From assembly GCA_963514005.1 (NCBI GenBank), contig OY740783.1, forward strand, positions 92,814,001 to 92,878,000: a stretch of 64,000 nucleotides of DNA. The letters are read 5' to 3'. How positions within the stretch are numbered: the stretch's first letter is position 1; each line of letters starts with the position of its first letter. Under the pieces are notes generated by a model. That model worked only from the letters and a program-made list of their open reading frames with translations, had not been told where the DNA came from and made no database searches. Positions 11,301 through 24,891 of this stretch are shown in pieces. The translations under genes and the position numbers were made by a program. Source of the DNA: Raja brachyura. Its lineage: Eukaryota.

Positions 11301-13323
11301 CTAACAACAACAGCACAAAGAAGAGAGTGATTTCAAGAGGAGAATCAGCAAACTGACAAAGGGGATTTATTCTGCATATAGTATACAGAATAAAGATTGA
11401 ATGGAAAAACTATGAGCAAAATTATAAGTGTGTTTGTGTGCGTGTGTGTATGCTTGAGCACGCTTAAGGTAGTTTTCTGCTGAGTGAAGGCATTGTGTTA
11501 TGCAAATGTAACTGAAATGCAGATTTTTGAAAAGGGATTTGAAGGAGGTAATGTTGGCTTCACTGTAAATACAAGTAGTTTATGAATATAATATAAAAGA
11601 TATGGAGGATGACGGAATAGATTGGAAAGTGTCGGGTTTAGAGGGATACGGGCCAAATGAGGCCAGCGTTGCTGGGGAACCTTGGTCAGCATAGGCAAGT
11701 TAGGCCGAAGGCATGTTTCCATGCTTTATGACTATATATCTTGGATGTGTTGTACATGGATGTCACTTTAAATATGTTCAATTAAAGTGTCAAATCTGGA
11801 GAAAGTATTCAACTATTCTCTACATAGTAATTAATATATTTGTCTTGAATTTTGTTTCTCAACCCTTTTTTCTCCATAAAAAATCATTTTGAGCTTCTTT
11901 GCAACTCATCACATCATACCACTTGCATTTCATTTAGCAATTTCCTTAAAAGAACACCTCACTATCTTTACATCAGACATTCAAAACATTGAAAGAAAAC
12001 TTATTAACTTTAAAACACATGCCGTTTGTATGACAATGGAGATTGGTATAAGTACTATTTGTTGATAAGGGGCAAGAGGGAGAAATCTTATTACAATATA
12101 TGACAAAAAATCAATGAAGGCAAATTCATAATTACCTATTATCTTTATCCAAGCAATTGCAGTATTTTTATTAAATTGTTTTTGTCATTAGGTGAAAGAC
12201 TGATTGCGTATATATGCCTGAAAGAGTTTAAATGATTTTGCTTTCTCAAAAACACAAATTTCAAGCTTCAATGCCATTAAAAAAAAGATGCTTGAATATT
12301 TATTATGAAGTAGGTCAACATCATGGAAAAAGGACAAATACTTATGTTTATGTATTAGCAAGTATAACAATAATACAAGACTGAAGTGATAATTAAAACA
12401 TATACACTTCAAAAATGGGTAACAAAAAATAAAACTTGAAAAGTGGGCAGTTAAAAATGATTATGTGCTCCACCATTGCCTTTTGATCAGCCAAACATTT
12501 AGCAGGGCAATTTAATATCAACAATTTAATATAAATACCTCGGCAGGTTTGTTGATAATATTTGAACAGCCACGAGGCAAGGACAAAATTCCAGCTCCCA
12601 TTAATAGGAGTATGGTTTGTTGTTTTTTTAACGATCTTCCACCAATTGGGGTATAAACAAGATAATCATGGAGGAAGCCAACTAAAACTCTCTACTGGGC
12701 AAGAATTAAAATTACATTTCTATCCCACATACTGTAGTAGAGCAAATACATTGAAGAACTATTATCGTTCCCTTGACTCTTTGTTACATATACATGGCTC
12801 AACAGAAATAAATGGTTACCTCAAAGTTACAGCATGTAGAATGAGATCTGGTCATAGCGGTGGATGCTGCAAAATCGTTAAGTTAACTGGAATCCTGCTT
12901 CTACTAAAATCAAAATGTTGAACTACAAATTAAGGCTTACGTATCAATTAAACAGCACTAGAATTCAGCCTACGGTTTTGCTGAATACAGCCACATTTCT
13001 TCAGTTCCATGATATATCAAGTGTCAATGATGAGTCAGCCATCCCAGACAGTTCTTATCTTCAAGCACTGCAGACTCATAGGCATCATCAAATTCCTTTT
13101 TTTTGCATCATGCTTTGCAATAATAAGACTGTTTGTCCTTACAAGTAAATGCTGTTACTCTGTCAAATGTGCTGATGCTTCATAACCATGAAAATGGATA
13201 AGAATATTTTGTCAAAATTGAGAACATAACGACAACACAATCGAAACATCATCACCTCAATTTAGCTGTTCCAATATATTTTTTTTAAATCAAATGAGAA
13301 CTATCTATCTACATACCTATCTA

Positions 13324-14390
13324 TCTATATTACTAAAACTCTCATCTTGTACGTTTCTATGTCTGTCTGTGTGTATGTGCCTGTGATGTCCTGAATTACG
13401 CCAAAATGGTCCAGGATAGTGCTGCCATTTTTGGACTGCCTTATTCATCATTGTCATGTGGTGTGGTTTATCAAAGTTTCATTTCGATTGATGTTATATT
13501 TTACAAGGTAGTCACATTTTTTACTTTACACAATCCAGTTTGAAAAATAATCGGTTGAACTTGCAATGCAGTTAGCAGCTATGACATCACAATGGGATCT
13601 CATTTACATGAACTGCCCCTGAGCAGTGCTCCACCCAACAATGACATCACAATAGGATCTCATTTACATAAACTGTCTATCAACAGTGTTCCACCCAGTG
13701 CAATGAGAGATTTGTTACGTTGTTCTAAGGAGGGAGGGAATGGGGAGGGGGGAGGAGGAGATTATGCTTTCTTTAAACATTGTGTACAATGGGGGGGGGG
13801 GTGTGGAATGGGGGTGTTGGCATGGGGTGTTAGCATGGGATGGGTGGGGGGGATGGGAGGGGGGGAGGTGGGATGGGGGAAAGGTCCCCTTCATCCCACC
13901 CCCCCCACGTGTGGGTTTTCATTATGGGGTGGGGTGGGGTGGAATAGTGGAGAGGTTCCATTTACAATTAAAAAAAATCCAGAATTTTCCTTGTGGGGGA
14001 TGTACTGAGAGGGGGGGGGGGGTGGGGGTGAGGTGACTTGAAGTTGCAGTGGCAGTTACAGCTACGATGTCACAATGGGATCTAATTTACATAAACTGCC
14101 CATCAGCAGTGCTCCACCTCACAATGACATCCCAATGGGATCTCATTTACATAGAAAACTAAACAGCAGCTGCCCATCGGCAGTGTTCCATTGGCAGTTA
14201 GCAGCATATGATGTCACAATGGGATATCATTTACATAAACTGCCTGTCAACAGTGTTCCACCCAGTGCTATGAGAGATTTGTTACATTCTTGTAAGGAGA
14301 GGGAGGGAGTGGGGAGGAGGAGAAATCTTATTTAAACATTGTGTTTAGTGGGGTAGTAGGAGAGGGGACAGGTGAGGAGTAAGGAGCAGA
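13324..14390 (+). mobile_element. Helitron-like element, 5' part, with internal tandem repeats
   Basis: Start A|TCTATATTACTAAAACTCT resembles the 5' end at 33168. Repeated TGACATCACAATGGGATCTCATTTACAT units at 13580-14240. No 3' hairpin or CTAG found. Confidence 0.65.
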
Positions 14391-14849
14391 ACATTTTTTA
14401 GGCTTCAACAGTTAAAGTCATTTTTATTAACAGGTAAGTTTAGGAAGTTGAGACTTCCTGAGTTACTGTAGCATTTGCGAAAAACCACATGCCGGAAACA
14501 TCAGCTATCCATGTTCTTCATGGATGTTGCCTGAACTGCCGAGTTACCCAGCAGTTTATTGTTAAGCCAGCATCTCCACTTCCTTGTTTCTTCAAGATTA
14601 GGAAGTTTCCTGTCCAAGTCAATGTAAATCATCAAGTACCCACAGTGATTGGGCAACTTGGGGCAGGCCATCCATTATCTTTTTTTCTGGCATTTTGTTT
14701 GTTTCATCAAATACATCATTTTTATTAGTATAAACATTACAACAAACAAAGAAAACAAGCTCACAGGTACAATGATGGCAATGTTAGGGAAGATTCAAAT
14801 CAGAAATTAGCAAGATGTGCACAGGGAACAGGATATGTGATTATTCACT

Positions 14850-15280
14850 TTTCAGTTCAGTTTATTGTCACATGTGCCGAGGTACAGTGCTTACCAGTCA
14901 GCAGAGCCAATACATGATTATAATCGATCAATTTACAGTTTATTGATATATGATAATGGGAATAACGTTTAGTGCAAGGTAAGGCTAGCAAAGTCTGATC
15001 AAGGATAGCACGAGGGTCATCAACGAGGTAGATAGTAGTTTAGCACTGCTCTCTTGTGGTTGTGGTTAGATGATTCAGTTGCCCAATAACAACTGCGACA
15101 AAACTGTTCCCGTATGATGGTGTGAGTTTTCACACTTCTATTCCTTTTGCCTGATGAGAGAGGGAGTGGCCAGAGTGCGACTTGTCCGTGATTATGTTGT
15201 TGGCCTTGCTGAGGCAGCGCGCGGTATAAATTGAGTCAATAGAAGGGAGGTTGGTTTGTGATGGTCTTGGCTGTCTATTC
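14850..15280 (-). mobile_element. Decayed Rex1/Babar LINE 3' fragment
   Basis: Tail TTCAGTTCAGTTTATTGTCACATG. Body is similar to the reverse complement of 29540-29720. Confidence 0.7.
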
Positions 15281-15469
15281 TAATAAGAAAGTTGTATTCA
15301 GCTCATTTAATTTCAGTCAGTAAATAACCTCTTGGATATAATAATAGAATACAATTCAATAACAGTTTACTACTCATTTAACATCAAGCTTTCCAAACCA
15401 ATGCTTATGTCTGGCCTTGCCTCACAGTTGAAAGCAGAAGGATCTCACTATATCTTAACTGGACCAGGC

Positions 15470-15950
15470 ACATGAAAACTATGGCAACAATGCTGGATGT
15501 TCTACACAAGTAACTCACTGCCTGACACCAGAAAGCCTGTCCAAAATCTATAAGGCACAATTCAGCAGTATGATGTTATAGTCATCACTTGTCTCAATCA
15601 GTGCAGCTCCAATAGTTCTCAGGAAGCTTGATAATTTCCAGTATAGGCAGTGCACTTGACTGGCACCTCATCCACAACCTTATGTATTTATTGCCTCTGT
15701 CACTAACACAAAGATTTCACCATTTACCAAAATGCAAAACAGTTGCTCACCCAGGCTACTCTGACAGCTACTCCTACGTCCACAATCTCCTCCACCAAGG
15801 ATCAACAAGGGCAGCAGGTACACAGGAACACCTCCATCTCCAGGTTCCCATCCATGTTACACATCATCCCGATTTGAAAATATTTTGCCAGTACTTCATC
15901 GTCACTTGGTGTAATCCTGAAACTGCCTTTCAACAACACCATGGGAGTAT
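15470..15950 (+). mobile_element. Ancient CR1/L2-clade LINE 3' fragment
   Basis: Degenerate AAGGCACAA..CAG..GCAGCTCCAA..CTCAGGAAGCTTGA..GGGCAGCAGG..GAACACC. A related piece lies on the minus strand at 44140-44560. Confidence 0.55.
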
Positions 15951-17623
15951 ATGTCCACCACCGATTTTTCAGCACCCTTGTTTCCAGTCTTTCTGGATTA
16001 TCCATTTTGCTGGACCAACAGAGATCACAGCCTTGTGGGGTCAAGATACCAGTTGAGGAAGTTAGCTATGGGAACAGATCTGCTGGCAGATCACTCCAGG
16101 CAACAGAAGGTACTACCTGTCTCTGACACTCATGCCAAAATTATCTCTCCAGGGAGCAAGGATGCAACTTTCTTTCCTTGAAAAAATAGAATGTTCCCGA
16201 GGGTGTTAGAATGTGAATAGGAATGAACCAATGCTTTGACTGGTCAATGTATTGAAATGTGCATTGAAATAGAGGTTATGTGTGAATTATTTTCAAGATC
16301 CTACCTGTTGCAGTTTCTATTGATTTTGATCAGATATGAGAGGTCAATAATTCTTTACAAATCTTGTGACCAGGTGCTGAAGGCATCATGGGGCACTGAT
16401 ACCAACCCCAACCACTGACACTTTATTTCTACTTTGTGGTTTCCTACACTCTCCCATCATGGACTCCCTCATCATACATCCATCTCATTCACCAAGGCCT
16501 CCAAGTCATCAATAGTGCAATGCAATGCCTGCTGTAAATTATGTGATTCCATCCTTCTTCATGCCTTTTATGGCCGATAACTGTATCCAACTCCCCTCCA
16601 CGAAAGCCAGATGCGACATGCCTTAGCACAAATTAGTTTTAAAGACTGCATGAAATACCCCAGGTTTATTAAATCTGTTAATTCTAATTTATTCATTAAT
16701 GGAGAAAATAGATATATAATTAGCATCTTATAAAGGATCAAGTCCCTGCATTAGGGTGTGTTCAAAATCATCAAGCATCAATGGCATTGTTTCAACCTTT
16801 TCTATTATGTAAATACTGACTCTGTTCTATTCTGTTCTGTAGTTTTTTTGCACAATCCGCAGGCATTGCCACTTTCATTTCACTGCACATCTTGTATGTG
16901 TATGTGACAAAGTTGACTTGACTTGGAATGGATCATCATTTTAAACACACACTTAAGCATGAAGTTCATACTTCGATTGTATCCTCCATTCTGCAAGCAC
17001 ATTCCCCGTTACATAATTTGTATGTAGTGGTATTACAGTTTCTTGGCTATATTTACAAAGAATGGAAAAAAACTAAGCACTGTCTGATGGTGCCTTCTTT
17101 TTTTTTTTGATTGTTAAATAGTCCATTTAATTCTCCTACTAAATCCTATAACGTTTCACACAGACTTTAATCCTCCAATTGTCTCTTTTCAGTCAAAATT
17201 AAACATATATCATATTGTCTCATAATCCAACACATTTCAGAAGTTCAAGTCAAGGAACATTCCCCTCAATCCCATTTTCTCTCAGCTTTATGTTCTTTGT
17301 ACAAATATTTTTTTTAAACTTTTAATATACAAACTTTGTGTCATTAATCAATACATTTGGACCTATGTGGCTTCTTTCCCTGCCTCTGCATGCATCAGAC
17401 ATCCTCCAAGAACCCATGCCTCTGGCTCACGATAGCATTGCAGGGGATCCTCTGAGGGGTGGCCGGAACTCAAATGTGTTAAGTAATTTTATCAATGACC
17501 AACTTTGTCCAATTCATAATGTGAGGATATTTTCCAGTGGTGGCTGCTTTCAGCCCCAAACTGTCTGCAACTCCTCAGATACTGAAGCACATCATTCTGA
17601 AAGATCTAGACCTTAAACCTTAA

Positions 17624-19371
17624 AGGGCCTATCTCACTTAAGCAATTTAATAGGCGACTGCCGGCGACTGTCATAGTCGTAGCAGGTCACTGAAAAACCG
17701 GCGACTGGACAACCCAACGACAATGTCTACGACAAGCTACAACAACCTACCACCTAGTCAACGTCAAGCTACGGAAAGCTACCAACAACCAGCGACCTAT
17801 TAGGACGTCCACCTACGACCACACCAGGCACGTGCCGTGAGTAATTACTCTGGGTAGGCACTCAGTCCGCTTTAAAAAAAATGTAAACCGTGCATGCGCA
17901 GATTGTTCTCCCCGTTAAATAAATAAATAAATAAATAAAAACAGTGACTTATCACAAAGTGCTGAATCTTCACTGCCGCACCGCTGCCGCAGCTCTCCGG
18001 GTGCGAAGCCACGGACTGTAGCTGGGGATAGAAGCAGCTCGGAGAGTGGCCACCACTGAACTGGCCACCACTTCAGCGCCTTCTGCCGGCCCGCTCACCT
18101 TTGGCAGTGCTCTCTGTCTGAACACCTGTCACCTGCCGTTCGCCGACTTCACTCATGTCAGCGGCTTCCTGCAAATCCTTAAATTCCCACAGCCGAGTAA
18201 CCTCAATCGCGCTGTTGGAATTTAAGGACATGAGTGAGGCCAGCGAGCGGCAGGAGAGAGGTTTTTAGATGGAGAGCTGCCAGAGGTGAGCGGGTGGTTC
18301 TGGAGCTAAGGTGGCGGCTGGTTCCGCTGTCCAGCCCGGCGGCCGCTCGAGCTACTTCTCTCTCTCTCCCCCCCCCCCCCACCCGGCCTCAGAGCAGTGT
18401 CATTTCATGCCCCCTTGCAAGGAACGTTGCAAGTGGATGCCCCCGACCCCTCATTCATAACATTTGTGCCCTCCCCGCAACGTTACCCCGGGCCAGACTC
18501 CCCACACGCTGTGAAAGGAGCTCTCTCCCCACTCCGACTCCCACACCCCGGCAAATACGGTATTAAAAAAAAAAAATCACAAAATGTACTTACCATATCA
18601 TTGGGACACGACAAACCATGGTTGAAAACCCCGCCAATAAACTTGCGCTGCGCATGCGCGGTAGACTGATGCGCATGCTCAGTATGATGCTGCGCATGCG
18701 CAGTGCTACAAAGGCAGGATTTCTGCTGCCTTCAGCCCCGATTACAATTGACTGCTTCAGGCAGCGCTGACGGCACGGGGGCTGCACAGAGCTTCCCGTG
18801 TCACAAGCGCTGCGGGTGAAAGGCACAGGGAATTATGCCTACCTAAGAGATCAGTCTCTTACATAGGCATAATTCTCCCATGCCTTTACTATTTATATTT
18901 AATAATTCCCATTTCATAATTTTAGTCAGGGTAGGCAGTGCCTACCTTGCCTACCCTGACGGCACGTGCCTGGACCACACCTACGACAACCTATGACTAC
19001 ACAGACGATAACCGAAGTCAACCTACGTCCACCCGTGGGAAGCTACGACAAGTTGTCATTGACAACTGAAGACAATTCAGTCGCCGGTACCTGTCGCCAA
19101 CTGACGTGGGTAGTCACCAAAGGAATTTACCAAATTCAGCACCGGCGACAACCTACGTCATCGTGGTGACAACCTACGTCATCGTGGTGACAACCTATGA
19201 CAGCACCTACGTCAGGAGAAGACAAGCTGTGACAAGCCCACGGTCAACCAGAAAAACGCTACGACTCTTTGGGCGGCTGAGGAGACTTCTCACGATCATA
19301 CAGGCGACAACCCAGCGACCGTGTGGTGACTGCCTAGTCGCCAAAAAAGTCGCGTAAGTGGGCCAGGCCCT
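17624..19371. mobile_element. PIF/Harbinger-type MITE interrupted by a hAT element
   Basis: Termini AGGGCCTATCTCACTTA / TAAGTGGGCCAGGCCCT. TSD TAA versus TAC (one mismatch). Internal CTACGAC/GGCGAC repeats on both sides of the nested insert. Confidence 0.8.
17825..18972. mobile_element. Non-autonomous hAT element (1148 bp)
   Basis: Perfect 14-bp TIR CAGGCACGTGCCGT and perfect 8-bp TSD GACCACAC (17817-17824 and 18973-18980). Confidence 0.92.
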
Positions 19372-21856
19372 TACCTAACTACACCAGTTAGACCAGCCTA
19401 GGAACTTTATAGCAAATAACTCATTATCAGGAGCCCACAAGTCAGGAATTCCTATCATGCACCTGTAAGAAGAGTATATTACAGTCTTTTTGACTGTTAT
19501 TACTTCTACCACTGCCAATGACAGCAGTAATGTGTATTAATCCTACAAAGCATACCAAGAAAATGGCAAAACCCCTTCCACAGCTATCCCAAATCTGTTC
19601 CCTATACCACCTGTGAGGACACTGAATTGCCATCATCTGCATGTGCACTCTACATCGCATGCCATGCTGACTAATGAACACATTATTGTGAATCACATTG
19701 CTGTAAGAGCACTTTCACTGCTGGGACTGCATAATTTTCAGGCATCATAGACCATCCAAGAATAATGCACATCTCCTTACATTTCATCGTACCTTTCTGC
19801 ATTTTGTAATATGAATGAAATTGGAAACTGTGAAAGTAACAGTTTAATGTATTGAGCTCAACGTATTGGCAAAATGTCAGCAAACGATAGATGGCAATTC
19901 TTGTTTTTCAAGTGGCATGTGTAAAATGTTCATCAATGTTAATCACCCAATTCATTGCCTTTATTGACATTGGACTGGGTACGAACATAAGCACTGGTTC
20001 CAACTTATTTTTTTTATTTTAAGCGTTGCAATATCCAACATCCTGTTGGCAGATGACCCATCTAGGGATCAATGAATTTAATGAGGCGACAGTTCCAGTG
20101 GCAGGAATATTCAATACACAAGTAGTTGCAACTCGTCCATCCATTCTGGCATGTCTGATAGATTCTGTCCTCCAGTAGAGTCTGCCTATCAATTTAAACA
20201 ATGAACTAACTCAATGAGGCATCTCTTTGCTTTCCTGCTCATGGAATACGAATGATAAAAATCTTACTCTACTGCACAGCTTTGGTTTACTTTCACGGAA
20301 TTGAATACAAACCCAAAACTAATGTAATCTCAAAAACCCTAAATATACTTCCCAGTTCACAAGTTTGTCAACTTCTTTGTCAGAAAATCCTCAATCTATA
20401 GTTATGTATGTATCCAAAGAAAGAAATTGTAAACTCATTTTGATTGTCTGACCTGGCATAACAAAACATTCTTAGCTATTTAATAAGCTCAGGAAATCTA
20501 GATGAAAAATGCAACTTACAGACAATAAAACATTCAAACAATGTTTACTCTGTAGTTAGAAGTAGAATTTGATTGGCCAAATAACATTCTAATTTACATG
20601 TTCTTTCTCCCCACTTCCAAAAATTATTTTCCCTCAAGATTCACAAGCTCAGCTCCTCAGTCTTTCTCTGATCCAAGATAAGACAAAGATTTATGGACTG
20701 TATTGCACAGTTGTTATCAATTATATGCAATAATGCACAGCTGGCCAATGTTACTACTCTTTAGTTAATTCGTAGCATCTGAAATAAAATAAACTATTTT
20801 TAACTCAGACGTCAAAGAGTCTGTAGTGAGTCTTTGGTCCCCATTCAAATTTAAAAAATGAAGCCATCCCAGTGCCACATGAAGATCTTTTTTTTTGAGA
20901 AGATAATTCAATGTTATGAAAAGATAATGAGAAGATGACGTAGCAGTCTTGATATATTACGATAGTTTTCAATTCACAGGCAGCAGGGGACCTATTTCCA
21001 CAATGAAGCTGTGATGATGTAACACATTTGTAGCCAAGACTTCTGCTGTCCTTTAATGTGTTCCTCACCTGAATATTCAATTATTTTAGGATAGAAGAAC
21101 GACATATCTTCCTGACAGTACATTTTGACTGACACTTTTTGGTACTAAACATTCACACATTTATGTATTCTATTACTTTCTCTTCATCAATATAAAAAAC
21201 ATGACTAAGAAATTCTTTTGATTCCATTGCAAACTTAATAACTGGATTATTTATTTTCTTTTTGTTTTGACACCATGACAGTTACAGGGAAATGAAATGT
21301 ATACTGAAAAAAACATGCATATTACATGGATCCCCCATATACCAGGCGAGATTCTCTTTTGTCTAAAATGGGAATCAAATTTAGTGGCTATTGTGGAACC
21401 GATTACAGGCTGGGAACATTGAACTGCACTTGCTTGCTGTTCATGGCATTTTACCACAAACGAGATGCATCAGTAAAGCAGAAACTGTTTGGATGAATTT
21501 ACCAGATATAGTTTTCCAGAAAGAATCGTTGGAATCAATCACGGCTTTGAATAATGTCAATTCATATTATTAATATTCCACTTTTGGTATCCTCTCTGTG
21601 TGTCCCTCTCACTCTTTCTACATGTTGCACACTCCCTCTCTGCAAATTATCGATTACAATACTTTGCACCTTCTGTGAATTTAAAAGATGTTAGTCTGTG
21701 AATTCACTGCAAAGCAGCGGACTTTAAATGTGCGTGAATGATAATTCACTATGCAGGAGTAATCCCTTTATAATGCTATTTCACCACCTTCATCTGCCAC
21801 ACTGAAATACTGTGCAAGAATGTTCCACTAGATTTATTGTACAAGTTAAACAGTAA

Positions 21857-23488
21857 TGGCCCTGTCTCACGGTGCGAGTCCAGCCAAGAGCGACCCCAAG
21901 TGAAAGAAAAAAAACGGACTCGTGGTTATGCACGAGATTCAAAGTTTATGGTCAAGTGTTTAACCGAGTTCCCACGGGCATGTTCTTTATGCGATGTTCC
22001 AAGGTGCTCTCCCGAGTTACCAAGTTCCTCTCCCGTTACACTTGAGCCAACCGTGAATGAAGGTATGTTTTAATAAAGCAACAATGTTAAAGAAAACATC
22101 TCCATCCTGCGGCTTGGAGTTAAAGATAGAAATCAGCGCGGCTGCATCTATTAATATGACCTACAGAGGGAAAATGCGCATCAGATTGTTGGGAGACAGA
22201 GTTCAGGGTTCGCCTCCTGAGCTGCTTTGGTGCCCAGGCGTGAGGGAGGTTTGGGGGGGGGGGGGGGGGGCGCGGCGCGCGTCATTAATCTGTCTGGGGT
22301 GACAAGGCTCTTGGGTTAGGAGTGGTGTGCAAGGGAGTGGTGTGCAAGGGAGGCTTAATTCTCTCTGAAGCCCCGGACGAGAACAAATGAAACCTATCTT
22401 GCCAGCGCGTACAAGCCCTTGTATAAAAGGGTCTCGACCCGAAACTTCACCTATCTCCTTCACTCCTTCGATGCTGCTGCACCCGCTGAGTTTCTCTTAA
22501 GAAAGAAGGGTCTCGACCCGAAACGCCACCTATCTCCTTCACTCCTTAGATGCTGCTGCATCTCCCGCAAACCCACTGAGTTTCTCCAGCCTTTTGTCTA
22601 CCCCCGTTGTATATAACTTTGCTGCTGACACGCACACACGTGGGGTCCCCTCCACATCCACACCCCCTCTCTCCGACACACACCCAAGACAACGTGAGAG
22701 ACAGAGAGTTTGTAGGGTGTTGGTTTTGTATAAGGATTTATTTTTAAATTATTAGCCAACGTCGGATTTACTTATTTTAAACGAAGTTTGGAGCGCTTGA
22801 CAATACTTTTTTTTTCTCTTTGCGCTCGTTTTCAGAAAGGGTTCAGACCCCGCTTGGCTCGTTGCCCCCTTTGAACCAAGCCCTGCGGGAGGGAGGGAGG
22901 GTGGGAGGGTGGGAAGGTGTGAGTGAACAAGAGCGCCAAGGAGGAGAGGGAAATAGGGGGGGTGGGGGAGTGGGTGGAGGAGAAATAGGGAAGAAGTTAG
23001 TTGTTCAGATCAGAAACCGGTAGGCTGGGAGCCATAATGGTGAAGAGCACACCCAGTTCTTCTGAGGATTGCATAAGAGACTTAGATCGGAAGCAATGTT
23101 CCTCTAGAACTATAACTGAAACCGTGTCAACATCACCTCCTCTTGGCCGGACCGTAAAATCAAATCTACGCGTCAGGAAAATCCAATGTTCATTGATTCA
23201 TCTCCATGGTTTTTATAGCTAATTTTCCAATAAATAACTGCAGTAATCACCCCCCGATAGGGTAGGATAGGGCTCAAGCCCAGTGTTTAGACATTGGAAT
23301 GTTTTTTTTTAAAATCATTCTAATAGAATGATTTTCCACCTCCTTTGGTAATTAAACTTTTTTTTGTCCACGAGTGGACAAGTTGATCGCGCGAGGTCCG
23401 ACGTTCCCGCTACGTTGGCTGTACGTGATCACCACGAGTGAAAACTCAGGGTCACTCGTGGGCCAACTCGCACCGTGAGACAGGGGTT
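21857..23488. mobile_element. Non-autonomous PIF/Harbinger element with patchwork cargo, copy 2
   Basis: TIR TGGCCCTGTCTCACGGTGCGAGT / ACTCGCACCGTGAGACAGGGGTT with TAA TSD at 21854-21856 and 23489-23491. Confidence 0.9.
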
Positions 23489-23825
23489 TAAGTAATCGTA
23501 AATACTTTAAAATACTCTCAGTTGTAACTTTACTCTGAAACTAAATTTAAGCTGTATGATTTTCCATAAATGTGTGCAACATAATGAAAGAGTATAATTA
23601 CATGCTGATTATAACTTAATTTTACAGTTGGGAATCATAAGGTACTTTCAACAGACGGAAAAGGTCTTAAGAAAGACTTACTGTATTAACCAGCCTGCAT
23701 GGTTATCCAGATATAAATATGTTTTAATAACAGACAAACTTAGGTTAATTAGTTCTATGCCCACCTGTCGGAACTTGGTTCTGAGAGTTTGCTGGGACAT
23801 TGGAAAACGGGTAGGATAAATAAAG

Positions 23826-24891
23826 TGTTAAAGAAGGAACTGCAGATGCTGGAGAATCGAGGGTTACACAAAAAGCTGGAGAACCTCAGCGGGTGCAGCA
23901 GCATCTAAGGAGCGAAGGAGATAGGCGACGTTTCGGGTCGAGACCCTTCTTCAGACTGGTCAGGGATCAGGGAAACGAGAGATATAAACAGTGATGTGGA
24001 GAGATAAGGACTCCATCCCCTATTCCCAATTCCTCCGTCTACGCCGCATCTGCTCCCAGGATGACGTGTTCCACACCAGGTAATCGCAAATGTCCTCGTT
24101 CTTCAGAGAACGGGGTTTCCCCTCCCCCACTATAGATGAGGCTCGCACCAGGGTCTCCTCCATACCCCGCAACACTGCCCTCTCTCCCCATTCCCCCACT
24201 CACAACAAGGGCCGAGTCCCCCTGGTCCTCACCTTTCACCCCACCAGCCAGCGCATACAACAGATAGTCCTCCGCCAGTTTCGTCACCTCCAACGTGACC
24301 CCTCCACTCGCCACATCTTCCCATCTCCCCCCGTCTGCCTTCCGCAAAGACCGCTCCCTCCGCAACTCCCTCGTCAATTCTTCCCTTCCCTCCCGCTCCA
24401 CTCTTTCCCCGGGCACTTTCCCTTGCAACCGCAAGAGATGCCACACTTGTCCCTTCACCTCCCCCATCCAATCCTTTCAGGGACCCAAGCAGTCATTCCA
24501 AGTCCGACAGAGGTTCACCTGCACCTCCTCCAACCTCATCTACTGCATCCGTTGCTCCAGATGCCAGCTGATCTACATCGGTGAGACCAAGCATAGGCTG
24601 GGCGATCGTTTCGCCGAACACCTCCGCTCGGTCCGCAATAACCAACCCGACCTCCCGGTGGCTCAGCACTTCAACTCCCCCTCCCACTCCGTATCCGACC
24701 TCTCGGTCCTGGGCCTCCTCCACGGCCAGAGTGATCAACACCGCAAGTTGGAGGAACAGCACCTCATATTCCGCTTGGGGAGTCTGCATCCTCTGGGCTT
24801 AAACATTGAATTTTCTCAATTCTGTTAACCCAGACTGCCTCCCCCCCACCTCTCCCTCAGCCCTCTGGCCCTGACATTCCTTCTCCATCTC
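23826..24891. mobile_element. Rearranged Penelope-like element (minus-strand 3' end plus an inverted RT-end/GIY-YIG segment)
   Basis: 23826-24010 is the terminal repeat on the minus strand, with a hammerhead-like core at 23927-23954. 24005-24891 is nearly identical to 46813-47669. ORF 24295-24828 has NLIYCIRC..IYIGET (GIY-YIG). Confidence 0.93.

Noticed and set aside
13580-14300. Repeated 28-bp motif with spacers, superficially CRISPR-like
   Set aside because: The spacers are themselves repeats, there are no cas genes, and the context is eukaryotic. It is a minisatellite inside a Helitron-like element.
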